64,000 nt of DNA from Lama guanicoe (lineage: Eukaryota). The DNA is taken from NCBI GenBank assembly GCA_013239625.1, contig MU054338.1, positions 5,370,724 to 5,434,723 on the forward strand, in the 5' to 3' direction. Below the pieces are notes generated by a model, which did no database searches, was not told the origin of the DNA, and saw only the letters and a list, made by a program, of their open reading frames with translations. The position numbers and the translations under genes were made by a program. Positions 40,093 to 51,830 of this stretch are shown here, piece by piece. Position 1 is the first letter of the stretch. Each line of letters starts with the position of its first letter.

Positions 40093-43000
40093 GTGAGTAT
40101 CCACTGTGCCCTGGCACGTCGTCCCTCGTGTTGTGGCAGCCACCTGGTGCTGCCCCACCTGCATGGTTTCATCCTAACGTGTCCCTGGTTGGAGCCTGGC
40201 TTTGATCAAAGTGCTTTTCCTGACTCAGTCCTGCCCCCAGCTGCCACCACTCGCACTCTTCTGATCGCTGATGCCCGGTGTTGTGGACCACTGCCCAGAG
40301 CTCTGGTCTGGGTCTGCCAGCGTCTTCAGAAAATGAGTAGGGGGCCTGGAGGGGGATGTACCCGCTTTGCTGCCCATGGACAGGTCTGCAGAGGCATCAT
40401 TCCTGCCCCCTCCCCACTCCCTCAGCACCGTCTGGGCATCTCTCCCTCCACCACCCCCCTCTTCCCCACCCTCTTTCCCTCCTTGCTTTTTCCAGCACCT
40501 TCCAAAGGCAGCCAAAGGAAGAGGCATGGGCACTCCAGCTCCTTATGGTCCCCTCCACTCACCCCCAGCCTCCTGCAGCCTGGCATCCGGCCCCTGAGTC
40601 TATGCCACCTGCCCAGATTCCCAGTGACCTCCTGGTTGCCAAACCCCGTGGATTTTCAATCATTTCTCATGTACCCTAGATGCTGCTCCAAACTGGGGTC
40701 CCTCCTTTCTCTGGCTGTCCATCTCCTGGACGTGGGTATCTCTCCTGAGGTCCCTCTGTCCCAGGTGGTCGCGCCCTTTCCCACTTGATCAACAGCTCCC
40801 AGACCCTCCTTGCCAGGCCCTTTCCTGCCAGACTGCCTGCAGCCCTTCCACATGGCCTGCCCCGCCCCGCCCAGATTCCCCCTCCATGCCCTAGGGCCCC
40901 TCCCCCTCCTCCACTCCTCATGTGTGATTTCAGGCCCCCCACCTTCTTGGTGACCCCCTGGCCCTTGCACTCGCTCCCCTGCAGTTCCTTCCAGGCTGGG
41001 TTCCCAGGACTCCTGCCCCTCCCCCTACAGAGCCCTTCAGCCCTCTCCCCCCGCCCCCACTTTGGGTCCCCTCCTTTGTCCCACCCTGAGCACAGGGACA
41101 CGGGAGCATCCTGCACCTTGGTCTGACTTCTGCACTCATGACGAGCCTCCTGGGGCCTGGGCTCCCTGGATGCAGGCTAGACCCAGGGAGCCCAGGGAAC
41201 ATTCTTAAACATGGTATTTAACAGACGCTGTTTGAGCTTTTACGCTGGGCCAGCCACTGCTCTAAGCAGTTGCGTCTTAACTCAGCCCTCATTGCAACCC
41301 TGTGAGGTGGTAATGTTATTAACCCCATTTTATGGGAGTGGCACTGGAAGTACAGAGAGGTCAAGTGACCTGCCTGAGGACACACAGCAGGTAGGTCTGC
41401 AGGAATTCGGGGAGGCCCAATTCAGCCAGGCCCCGAAGGACAGGTCTGTTTTCTCACGTATTTAGCTGATGGCTCCAGCTGAGGTGGGGGTGTTAACTTG
41501 CCCCAGAGGCGCCCCTTGCCTTTCCGAAGGGCAGTGGGATTGGAGGCAGCTTTTCTGGGGTCAAAGGCAAGGGTTTTTCCCGTTAAGTGAAGGTGAATCC
41601 TGGTTTCCATTTCCAGGTCTGCCACTCACTTGGGTGTATTTCTGACCTCTTTGAGCCTCAGTTTGCACATCAGGACAATGGGGACAATAATAATAGGGCT
41701 TAGTGAGCCAGCACGTGAGGTGGACTTGGACACTAGCCTGGAAGATCATAAACGTTCAATAAACATGTCATGTCCATTCTTATTCCCCCCACCCCACCCC
41801 TGCGCCCCAACACAATTGAGTCTGACACAAGTTCTTGCTGGGCTGCCCAGAGCCTCAGTTTCCCCAAATGAAAGGTGATGTTGGCAAGGCGGACAGGAAA
41901 TTCCCTCCTGACCCCTGGTCTTGGGGGCCCCCTTGTGGACAATTTGGTGATTGACTGACCAGGGTCCTGGCTCCTCCCAGTGTCTACGCTGGAGGAGGGG
42001 TCGGGGTGTTGGGAGGAGGGAGGCCAGAGAGGAAGCAGAGCTGCTCCTGCCCATAGGGGGTCCCCAGCCCGGTGGGAGGCACCCAGGACCCAGGCCACCA
42101 TGAGTCTGGTGGGGAGGGGACTCTCATCCCTGTTTTGGGATTGACAGTGCCTGGCTACCCCAAAAGTTGCCCTTCTTCCTCCATCCCCAAGACCATTCCA
42201 GCTGCCTTTCTTAAGTTTGGCCCCATGCAGTGGTCAGGCCACCCCCTCCAGGGTCCCAAGACGCGACCTAGCCCTTCCGGGCCTCCATCTCCCCGCCTGG
42301 ACTGACGGGTTCCCTCCCCTACACCCAGGTTCGTCGGCCTGCCCCTGAGCCGGTGGCTGGGGCTGCGCAGTCAGACCAGGAGGCTGGTGAAGCCCATTGC
42401 CGCTCTGGAGAAGCACTTCCTGACGGAAGGGCAGAGGCCCACGGAGGTGAGGTCCCCCGACCCTCTCCTCCAAACCCAGTGGCCTGCTGGGCTGCCCTGG
42501 GGGCAGTATGTGCCCAGTTGTTGGGGGTAGGGAAAGGTCAGGGCAGCCTCTGATACCCCCACAGTGCCCCCCCACCACTTCACTGGGACCCGCATCAGCA
42601 GGCCTGTTCTGGGGGCCCCCCACTCCCAAAGGCGGTCCTCTGACCCTCCCTCTAGTCCCATCCGCAGTGGGTCTGCCTGGTGGGCAGGGTCTGGGCTGTG
42701 GGAGGTGCTGGGCTGGGTCCTGGGGGAAGCAGGGAAGGGGGCGTCTCCATCCCTTGGGCGGGGGTGGTAGGCAGCTCCTGCGGAACAGAGTGCCTGTGAT
42801 CCCCCCATTGTCAGTCTCCCTCCGCAGGTCGGAGTTGGGGAGGGGGTGCAAGAAAACCTCTGCGGGGGCTGCCCCCCCCCAGCCTCTTTCTTAATCCCAG
42901 TCCCCATCAGTCACTTGCCTGGGAGCAGAGATGGGTTTTTGTAAGGCTTATCCTGGGGGCCCCACCCCGTGAAGAAGCCCCCTAGTCCCCCACCTCCATA

Positions 43001-46000
43001 GGCAGACAACCCCTCAGGCGAGGTCTGGGGCCGCAGGGGATGGCCTGCCTGTCCCGAGACAGAGGCAGGAAGCCACCTCTGTGACCCTAGCCCCCATCAC
43101 CCCCTCCCCAGCCCCAGATGACCCTCCTGGCCGCCCAGTGCGGCCTCACGCTGCGGCAGACCCAACACTGGTTCCGGAGACGCCGGAACCAGGACCGGCC
43201 CTGCCTGAGCAAGAAGTTCTGTGAGGCCAGGTAAGCGCAGGGCGGGCTGGGGAGGGGGTGTTGAGGGTGCGGCGGCGGGGGCGGGGGAGGTCTGCCCCTT
43301 TGACAGCTGCCCCATGGGCTCCGTCCCCTCCCACAGTTGGAGGTTCGTCTTCTACCTGTGCTCCTTCATCGGTGGACTCTTGGTCCTGTACCACGTGAGT
43401 GTCCCTGACAGCTTATCTGCCCCTCCGCCTATCCCACAAGCACCTACTCAGTGCTAGACCTGGACTGGATGGGGGAGGGGGTGGGGTTCGGGCAGAGGGG
43501 AAGACATGTGCAAAGGCCCAGAGAGGGTAGAGAGAACATGGTAAGGTCGTGGTGAACGTTCACTCAGTGGGTGCCTACTGAGGACCTACTGTGTGTCAGG
43601 GCTGGGGATTCTGAATAAGCACCTTGTCTACAGTGAGAGCAGCACACCGAGGGCCAGGGAGCCCTGAGGAGGCTGGGGTGGGGGGCTGGGTTCTAAGCTT
43701 TGGACAGCCTCAGACTCCCACGTCCCTGCAGGAGTCGTGGCTGTGGACGCCGGTGATGTGCTGGGACAATTACCCAAAGCAGGTGAGTGGCAGGGCGTGT
43801 TTGCAGGCTGGTGGGAGGGTCAGGGTGCTCAGAGTTCCTGTGGCCACAGGCAAGTGAACCAAAGCTGGACATCATACCATAATTCCCCTCCGATTCCCAC
43901 TTATTTTTGCCTTCCCTGTGGAATGGAGAGGGGCCAGGAGTCGGGACACTCAGAGCAGGAGCTGCCACAAAACTACTGCCCTTTATTACCTCCAGGGATG
44001 GGGGGCTCATGCCTTCCTCACTCACTGGGATTCAAGTGTCGTGGGTTTGAGCAAATGGGGAGGGGCCTGCCCCATGTCCCCGCCCCACAGGAGCCTCCAC
44101 TCCCCATGGCTAACTTTGCACACCTCACCACAGACCCTGAAGCTGGCCCTGTACCACTGGTACCTCATGGAGCTGAGTTTCTACATCTCCTTGCTGATCA
44201 CGCTGCCCTTCGACATCAAGCGCAAGGTGAGGCCAGGCCAAGAGTCCGTCTGAAGAATTGAAGCCCTGGAGCGGTCATGACCCGCACACCCTGAGACCCT
44301 TGGTGCCTCAGGCAGGAGGTGCAGAGTCCACACGCCCAGCAGCCCCCTGGAAGGGCCTGTCCCCAGCCCTGAGGGCTGTGATCCCTCCTTGGTCTCCCGC
44401 AGGATTTCAAGGAGCAGGTGGTGCATCACTTCATAACCATCACCCTGATCGTCTTCTCCTACAGCGCGAACCTGCTGCGCATTGGCTCTCTGGTGCTGCT
44501 GCTGCACGACTCCTCCGACTTCCTGCTGGAGGTGGGCCCGCCCCTGCCCTCCCGGGGCCCCTGGAGCTGAGGTGCCCCCTCCCCTGTCAGTCTTCCTGGG
44601 CAAAGAAGCTTCTCCCATTCACAGACACACTTTTTATGTTTCTGGGCAGTTCCTAGAGATAAGACCCTGCCCTGACTCACCTGGCCCAGCCGCACAGCTT
44701 TTCCCTGGGAGGAGGCCCCCTGCTTCTCAGTCCCGCCCTCCCCCTCCTGAATCCATTTCTCTCTGCTGTCCTCCCCAGGCCTGTAAGTTGTTCAACTACA
44801 CGCACTGGCGGCGCACTTGCGACACTCTCTTCATCATCTTCTCCTTGGTCTTCTTCTACACTCGCCTTGTGCTCTTCCCCACGGAGTGAGTCAGCCCTCC
44901 CGCTGGGGGTTGGAGAGATGGCCGGGTGTGGCTGAGATACCTCACCCTTGGTTCCCTGATCCAGGGAGCTGGAGTTGTTGGCTGGGAGGCTTCCAGGAGG
45001 AGGCAAGGCAGGGCATTCCCAGCACAGGGCGCAGCATATGCAAAGGCCCAAGGGTAGGAGAGACAGAAAACTGGGCTCAGTCATCATCCCGTGTGCATGG
45101 AACATGGGTTAGGAGCCAGGGTTGGATGCCAGTTCACCCAGTCATCCCAGTGCTGAGCCTCGCACACCAAGTCGAGGGAGCCATGTGAGGGTCCCTGCTT
45201 GCTTGGAGCTGATGCTGGTGGGTGGGGAAATAGAATAAACAAGGCAGACAAGTACACTGTGGAGTACGTGAGGGAGTGATCGTGCTAAAGAGAAAAAATT
45301 GGGAAGGGCAAAGGAACTGTGTGGATAGTTGGAATTTGGGTGGTCAGAAAAGACCTCACTGATAGAGTTCATAGAGACTGGCAGGAAGTGAGGGAGAAAA
45401 TTACTGATCATAGGGGAAGAGTGGTCCAGGCAGAGTGGGAACAGCATGTGCAAAAGCCCTGAGGCAGGACCATGCCCAGCATGCTGGAGGAACAGAGAGG
45501 CCTGTGTGACAGAAGCAGAGTGAGCAAGAGGGAGAGGGAGGAGGTGATGAGCCAGAGTAAGCGGGGCTTCTGGGCCTTGGGGAGAAGTTGGGCTTTTATC
45601 CCAAGCTAGGTAGGAGCCCTGGAGGGTTCTGAGCAGAGGTGGGGTGGGACCTGACAGTACTCACGGGCTCCCTCTGGTGGCTGCAGGGGGAATAGCTGGT
45701 GAGACATTCGAGCAGGAGCTGGGGGCCAGGGCAGAGGCGACTGCCCTGGTCCAGGTGGGCAATGATGGGGCTGGACCAGTGTAGGTGAGAGAAGTAGGTG
45801 GACTCGGGGAGGGTGACTCAAGGGCCATGAGTTGCTGCTTGAGGATCAGAAGCTCAGCTCTGGCTGTGCTGGGGTTTGAGGGACTTGCAAACCCCCACCA
45901 ACTACCACCACCGAAACGTGGAGGAAGCAGTGGACACCCACCTGGGGTTCTGGGGAGAGACGTAGATGTCCAGTATTTGTAGCCATGAGACAAGTCACCA

Positions 46001-46757
46001 GGGACCAGGCATGGACAGAGAAGCCCAGTCCTGGGGCCCCCTGATGTTTGCAGGTCAGGGAAGCCTGCAGGGATGGAGAGGAAGCAGCCATGAAGTGGGG
46101 AGATGGGAGCGTGGGTCCCTTGGCAAGCTTGTGTGTTCTACTAACTTAATATAACCAGGTGAGGGAGGTACTTAAATGCCCAGATGAGGGACACAGGTAT
46201 CAGTCTGGGGGTGGGTCATGGGGAGCCATAGAAGGCTCTAGAGCTGGGAAAGTCACACACGTTAGTGATTCCTAGGACGGGGGCCTGCCGCAGCTGGTGA
46301 ATCCTGGCCTCTCCTCGCCTACTGTAGGATCATCTACACCACGTACTACGAATCCATTGCCAACCTGGAACCCTTCTTCAGCTACTACTTCTTCAACACA
46401 CTTCTGATGCTGCTGCAGCTGCTGCACGTGTTCTGGTCTTGTCTCATCCTTCGCATGATCTACAGCTTTATGAAGAAAGGCCAGGTAGGGCCGGGCTGGG
46501 CAACGGTGGGCTGGTGTGGGCCTCCCTGGAGCCTCCAGCCCAGCCCCATACCTCACCCCTCCCTCCTCCCGGTTCCCCAGATGGAGAAGGATATTCGCAG
46601 TGACGTGGAGGATTCGGATTCAAGCGACGGGGAGGCCGCCCCAGAGGTTCCGCGGCTGAAGAATGGGGCAGCTCACCAGCCTGGAGTGGCCCCCACCGAT
46701 GGCCCTCGGATCCGGGCAGCTGGGCGGGTGGCCAATGGGCACACACGAGCCACATAG
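39920..46757 (+). CDS. CERS4: Ceramide synthase 4, spliced CDS join(39920..40092,42329..42446,43112..43230,43337..43394,43732..43782,44134..44226,44403..44531,44779..44885,46328..46484,46581..46757); 1182 nt, 393 aa
   Basis: Manual splicing at GT-AG sites gives an uninterrupted frame [30 protein letters not shown]...[12 protein letters not shown]...[15 protein letters not shown]...[18 protein letters not shown]...GHTRAT*. It has the N-terminal FWLP motif, Hox-like domain, TLC/Lag1p motif (HH and DxxD) and acidic Ser-rich C-tail, and is collinear with human CERS4 as recalled. Confidence 0.97.
42329..42446 (+). CDS. CERS4: CERS4 coding exon 2
   Basis: acccag|GTTCGTC...ACGGAG|gtgagg; [39 protein letters not shown]; 118 nt. 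Confidence 0.96.
43112..43230 (+). CDS. CERS4: CERS4 coding exon 3 (Hox-like domain)
   Basis: ccccag|CCCCAGATG...GCCAG|gtaagc; [39 protein letters not shown]; 119 nt. Confidence 0.95.
43337..43394 (+). CDS. CERS4: CERS4 coding exon 4
   Basis: ccacag|TTGGAGG...TACCAC|gtgagt; (S)[19 protein letters not shown]; 58 nt. Confidence 0.96.
43732..43782 (+). CDS. CERS4: CERS4 coding exon 5
   Basis: ctgcag|GAGTCG...AAGCAG|gtgagt; [17 protein letters not shown]; 51 nt. Confidence 0.96.
44134..44226 (+). CDS. CERS4: CERS4 coding exon 6
   Basis: ccacag|ACCCTG...CGCAAG|gtgagg; [31 protein letters not shown]; 93 nt. Confidence 0.96.
44403..44531 (+). CDS. CERS4: CERS4 coding exon 7 (Lag1p catalytic motif)
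   Basis: ccgcag|GATTTC...CTGGAG|gtgggc; [43 protein letters not shown]; 129 nt. Confidence 0.97.
44779..44885 (+). CDS. CERS4: CERS4 coding exon 8
   Basis: ccccag|GCCTGT...ACGGA|gtgagt; [35 protein letters not shown]; 107 nt. Confidence 0.96.
46328..46484 (+). CDS. CERS4: CERS4 coding exon 9
   Basis: ctgtag|GATCATC...GGCCAG|gtaggg; [52 protein letters not shown]; 157 nt. Confidence 0.96.
46581..46757 (+). CDS. CERS4: CERS4 last coding exon
   Basis: ccccag|ATGGAGAAGGATATTCGC...[24 protein letters not shown]...GHTRAT*; contains the DxRSDxE motif and CK2-type Ser/acidic cluster. Confidence 0.96.
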   Translation: MEKDIRSDVEDSDSSDGEAAPEVPRLKNGAAHQPGVAPTDGPRIRAAGRVANGHTRAT

Positions 46758-47043
46758 ATGGCCAAGGACTGGCCGCGAGGGGCTGCCCCAGCACCCGGCA
46801 GCTTGGATTTGTAGGGTGGCTGGACCAGCAACCCTGGGGCCAGCTGTGTGGAGACAGGGAGGGCCCTGCCCTCAGGTGGCGGGGAGGGCTGATGATCTGT
46901 CTCCAGCCCCTTCCTCTGCCCACCCTCCCTCCTTCCCTCGGGTAACTGGACAGCCGGGGGTGGGCAGTCACAGGCTGCTGAAGTCCCCCAGAGCCACCTC
47001 TGGGGCCTGGGGATTATGAAGAGCTCCGGGCAGAAAGGGGTCC

Positions 47044-47049
47044 AATAAA
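47044..47049 (+). terminator. CERS4: CERS4 polyadenylation signal AATAAA
   Basis: First AATAAA after the stop codon, about 290 nt downstream. Confidence 0.85.
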
Positions 47050-48499
47050 ACTTGAACGGAGCCACCTTCTCTGCCTGAGAGTCTGCATCCCTGTCACAGC
47101 TCCTCAGCCATCTCCTGGGGCCCCAGGGCAGCCAGGACTTTGTACCTCACCAACAGGACACTCACAGCCGCCCACCCCCAGAGACCCCCCCCCAGGCCAG
47201 CCCCGGGCCCCCAGCCAACGCGTTAGCCAAGCCACCTCCCTCCACCCCAGGGCAGCCCTCAGCCAGCTACTCACAGACCAAGGACAGGTGAGCAGGTACA
47301 AGGCTCAGACAGGTGGAGTCCTTCTGCCAAAGGTCACAGAGGACCGTGCAAGAGGGTGGAGGGGAGGCTGAGCGCCTGTCCCTGCAGCCCCTGTGCGAGG
47401 CTGGCAGAACCCTATCCTCAGGGTCTCCGGGGCCTCCCTGGAGACAGTGAAGTACGAGCTGGGGGGTAACTTCCTGCAGGTTTCCCAAGGTCCACCTGGG
47501 TGAGTTCAGTGTCTCCTCAGGAGCTGTGCGGGAAGGTGCCCTGACCACTCCCCAGAAGTCACAACCACAAGGTCCCACGCCAGGCCAGAATGTGCTGCCT
47601 TCAGGGGGATACCAGAGAGAGGGGTCAGAGGAGAGAGTCAAGAGATGGCTGAGGGGCAGCAGGGAGAGGAGACATACAGCCGGGATGGGGCTGATGGACA
47701 CAGGAGGGAGGGAAGGGGGCAGGGGGTGGATCTCGTCTCCTGTGCTTCTCAGCAAAGAGGAGAGGGTGGGAGGGGGAGAGATGGCAGAGAGGAGAACGTG
47801 TCCACTGAGAGATGAGGATGGAGGGGAAGAAAGGCAGAGAAAGGAGATTCAAGAGGCAGGCTTTAGAGATGCCGAGAGAGGAGCTGGAAAGACGCGAGAG
47901 GGAAGAACAAATAAAAAGAGCTGCAGGTGTCATGGAACGAACAAGCAAACAGGAAAAGAGAAGGAAGGGACAGTGGGAGAGACGGAGGGAAAGGAGGCAC
48001 TGGAGAGAAAACAGATGAGAGATTGGACTAGGAGCATGGAGAGAGGATGCAGAGACCAGGAGGGAAGGAAGGGAGGCGAGGAGAGAGATGGGGAAAGAAG
48101 AGGAAAAGCCAGCACGGTGTGAAGGGGGATCAGATAGAAACGGGAAAGAGGAGCCGTGAAGCGGAAGAGCAACAGCTCCTAAGAGGAGCGGGGAGGAGTG
48201 GAAAGGTGAGCAGGTGGTCTACAGGGGAGAGGCAAACAGCCTGGATGCAAATGAAAGGATGCTCAGCCTCGCACAATATACACAAAGCACAAATTCAAAC
48301 TACCAGGAGACGTGCTTTCTCGCCAGCTGTTGTGACAAAAGGCAGTGACAGCATCATCTGTTGGTGAGATTTGCAAGGAAGATGGACCAGTCCAGGACCA
48401 CCCCCGATGGGGAGTATCTGGCAATGACCAGAAGTGCAGATGCCTTTCCTCTTCATCCCTAAAGGTAGACCTAGATCTTCCTAACACACCAGCAGATCA

Positions 48500-51400
48500 G
48501 GAAGAAAAGGACAACCGACTTCAAAACAAGAACAAAAAGCAGAGTGGACATTCACAGAAGAGAAGACACTTAGGGCCGATAAACTTATGAAGACTTAACT
48601 GAAATCTCATGAATAATCAGGGAAATGCAAAGCAAGACGATGAGATACCACTTCAGACCCATTGGATTGGCAAAAATGAACTGGCCAAAGCAGCAACTGT
48701 CAGACAAGAGAGAAATCAGTAGGCTCACATATATGACTGAGGGTGGGGGTAGGGGACGGTAAATTGGTACAATCATTTTGGAAAACCATTGCCCATCATG
48801 TGAAATTGTTGACCGTTTTATAATGTTCAAAAGCAACTCCAACAAAACGATGTATTTTTGAGGCATGAACATCTATCTAGTGGAATTTTTTTAATAAACA
48901 GAAAACAAAACTCAGAATAGTGATAAGTTCCCTTTGATCTTGGGAGGTAAAGGAAAGGGACTCAGATCTAAATTGCGGTCACTGTTCAAGGATTGGAAGT
49001 TGTGAGGTGTAGTGACAGACACATATTATTAGTCAGTACAATTTAAAAGGAATATGCAAAACAGACAAGCTGCAGGACAGGAGGAAACATTTGCAAACCA
49101 TGTATCTGAAAAGGCTCTGGTACCCAGGATATATAAAGAACTCTTACAACTCAACAACAACAGTATTTTAAAGATGGGCAATATTTTAAAGATGGACTTC
49201 AATTGACATTCCTCCAAAGGAGATCTGCAAACAGCCAATAAGAATGTGAAAAGGTACTCAACGTCATTAGTCCTAAGGAAATGTGAATCACAACCACAAG
49301 ATACCACTTCACACCCATAACCATGAATACAGCAAAAAATAAAATAACCATTGTTGGTGAAGATGTGCAAAAGTTGGAACCACTCTTATATGTGCTGGTG
49401 GGAATGTAAAATGGTGTGGAACAGTGTTTCGTCGTTTCTCAAAACGTTGAACAGATTCACCGTATGACCTGGCAATTCCACTCCTATGTATATATCCAAA
49501 GGATTGAGAATAGGGACAGAGATAAATACCTGTATGTGAAATGTTCATAGCAGCACTACTCCTAAGAGCCAAAAGATCAAAACAACCCAAATGTCCATGA
49601 TGGGTGAATGGATAAACAAAATGTGATACATCTCAAAATGGAATATTATTCAGCCACAAAAAGGAAATACTGATCAATGCTACAGCGTGAATGAACCTCA
49701 AAAACATTTGCTAAGTGAAAGCAGACAGACAAAAGATCACACATTTTATGGCTGCTTTATTTATTTTTTTAATTAAAAAAATTTAATGGAGGTACTGAGG
49801 ATTGAACCCAGGACCTCATGCATGCAAAGCACACACTCTACCACTGAGCTATACCTGCCCCACTATGACTGCTTTTATATGAAATATCCAGAGCACCTAA
49901 ACCTATAAAAACAGAATGCAGATTATGGTTGCCAGGGGCAGGGGGAAGGGGCAATAGAGAATAATTGTTTCACAGGTAGAGTTTCTTATTTTGGAGAGGG
50001 AATCTTAATAAAGAATTCCCGACTATCAATGAGAAAAAGAGTTGCCCTGAAGAGAAGAGGCCAACAGAATATAAACAAGTCACAGGAGAGGAATTTTTAA
50101 CTCATGGGACAATGCAGTGGAATACAATTCAGTCTTACAAAGGAAGGAAATTCCAACACATGCTATGACGCAAATAAACTTTGAGGACATTATGCTCAGA
50201 GAAATAAGCCAGACACAAAACGACAAATACTGTGTGATTCCAATTACGTAGCTAAGTCGTATCTAAAGTGGTCAGGGGCTGGGGGAGGGAGGAATGGGAA
50301 GGTATTTAAGAAATATAGAGTTTTAGTTTTACAAGTTAAAAAGAGTTCTGAGGACTGGTTACACAATAATGTGAATATATTTAACCTTACTGAACTATAC
50401 ACCTAAAAATAATTAAGATGGTAATTTTTATATTGTATTTTTTTTACAATTTTTTAAAAATGGGAAGTCAGTAAACTATGAATAGAGAGGAAGTTCCTCA
50501 ACTTTTAAAAAGTATCTACCAAAAAACAAAACAAAACAAAACAAAAACCCTACAGCTAGCATCGTACTTACTGTGAGAAACTCACACCTTTCCCACCGAG
50601 ATCAGGAGCAAGGCAAGAATGTCCCCTGTGCCATTCACCATACTGGAATTTTAGCTAATGCAGCAAGACAAGACAAGGAAATAAAAGAGACACAGATTTA
50701 GAAGGAAGAAATAAAAGTGTCTTATTATTGTAAGATCATCTATGTAAAAAATCAAAAAGAATAAGCAACAACAATAAAAAAAAAACCCTCCTGGGACTAA
50801 TAAGCCATTATAACAACATTGTGGGATACAAGGTTAATATACAAAATTCAATCACTCCCCAATGTACCAGTAATTCAAAAGAATTTGAAATTTAAAACAC
50901 AATACTCTTCACATTAGCACTCCCCCCCCCAAATTAAATACTTAGAAAGGGTAAAAATCTAACCAAATATGTACAAGTTCTACAAGAGGAAGACAACAAA
51001 ATCTGATGAAAGAAATCAAAGGACTAAATCAATGGAAAAACAGTCCATGTTCATGGATAGGAAGGATGACTCAATACTGTCAAGATGACAGTTCTTCTCA
51101 GCATGATCTATACAGCCAGTACAATTCCGATCAAAACCCCAGCAACTTATTTTATGGATATTCTCAAGTTCTGGGGGAGGTAAAAGACCCAGACCAGTCA
51201 GCACAATATTGAAGGAGAACAAAGTTGGAGGGCTGACACTACCCGACTCCAAGACTTTCTATGAATGTACAATAATCAAAATGGTATAGTAGTGGCAAAA
51301 GAACAGACAAGTAGATCAGTGGGGCAGAAGAGAGAGCCCAGAAACAGACCCACGTAAATACAGTCAACTCATCTCTGATGAAGGAGCAAAGGGGGAAAGA

Positions 51401-51830
51401 GAGTCCTCAATAAATGGTACCAGAACTGGACATCCACATGCAAAAATGAATCCAGACCCACATTTGATACCCTTCACAAATTAGCTCAAAATGGACCTCG
51501 GACCTGAATGTAAAATGCAAAACTAAAAATCCTGGAAGACATCAGAGATGTTGTCTAGATGACCTTGGGCTTGGGGATGACCTTTAACCCATGACATCAA
51601 AGGCAAGATCTGATAAGCTGGATTCATCAAAATTAAAATTTTCTGCTCTGTGAGAGACACTATTAAGAGAAGATAAGCACATACTGAGAAAAATTTGCAA
51701 AAGACATACCTTATAAAGGATTGTTATCTAAAATACACAAAAAACTCCTCTGGTGCAGCCACTATGGAGAAAGGTATGGAGGTTCCTTAAAAAACCATAC
51801 CTCAATTACACCTTAATAAAACTAGAAGGA
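48500..51830 (+). mobile_element. Patchwork of old L1 fragments (ORF2 remnants and 3' ends)
   Basis: Degenerate ORF2-like peptides (MKEIKGLNQWKNSPCSWIGR; VGGLTLPDSKT), broken by frameshifts and stops. Confidence 0.85.

Noticed and set aside
40093..40788. 231-aa ORF right after CERS4 coding exon 1
   Set aside because: It starts at the GT of the splice donor, is intronic and has no homology signal.
47526..48367. Glu/Arg/Gly-rich ORFs downstream of CERS4
   Set aside because: Purine-rich low-complexity DNA beyond the poly(A) signal.
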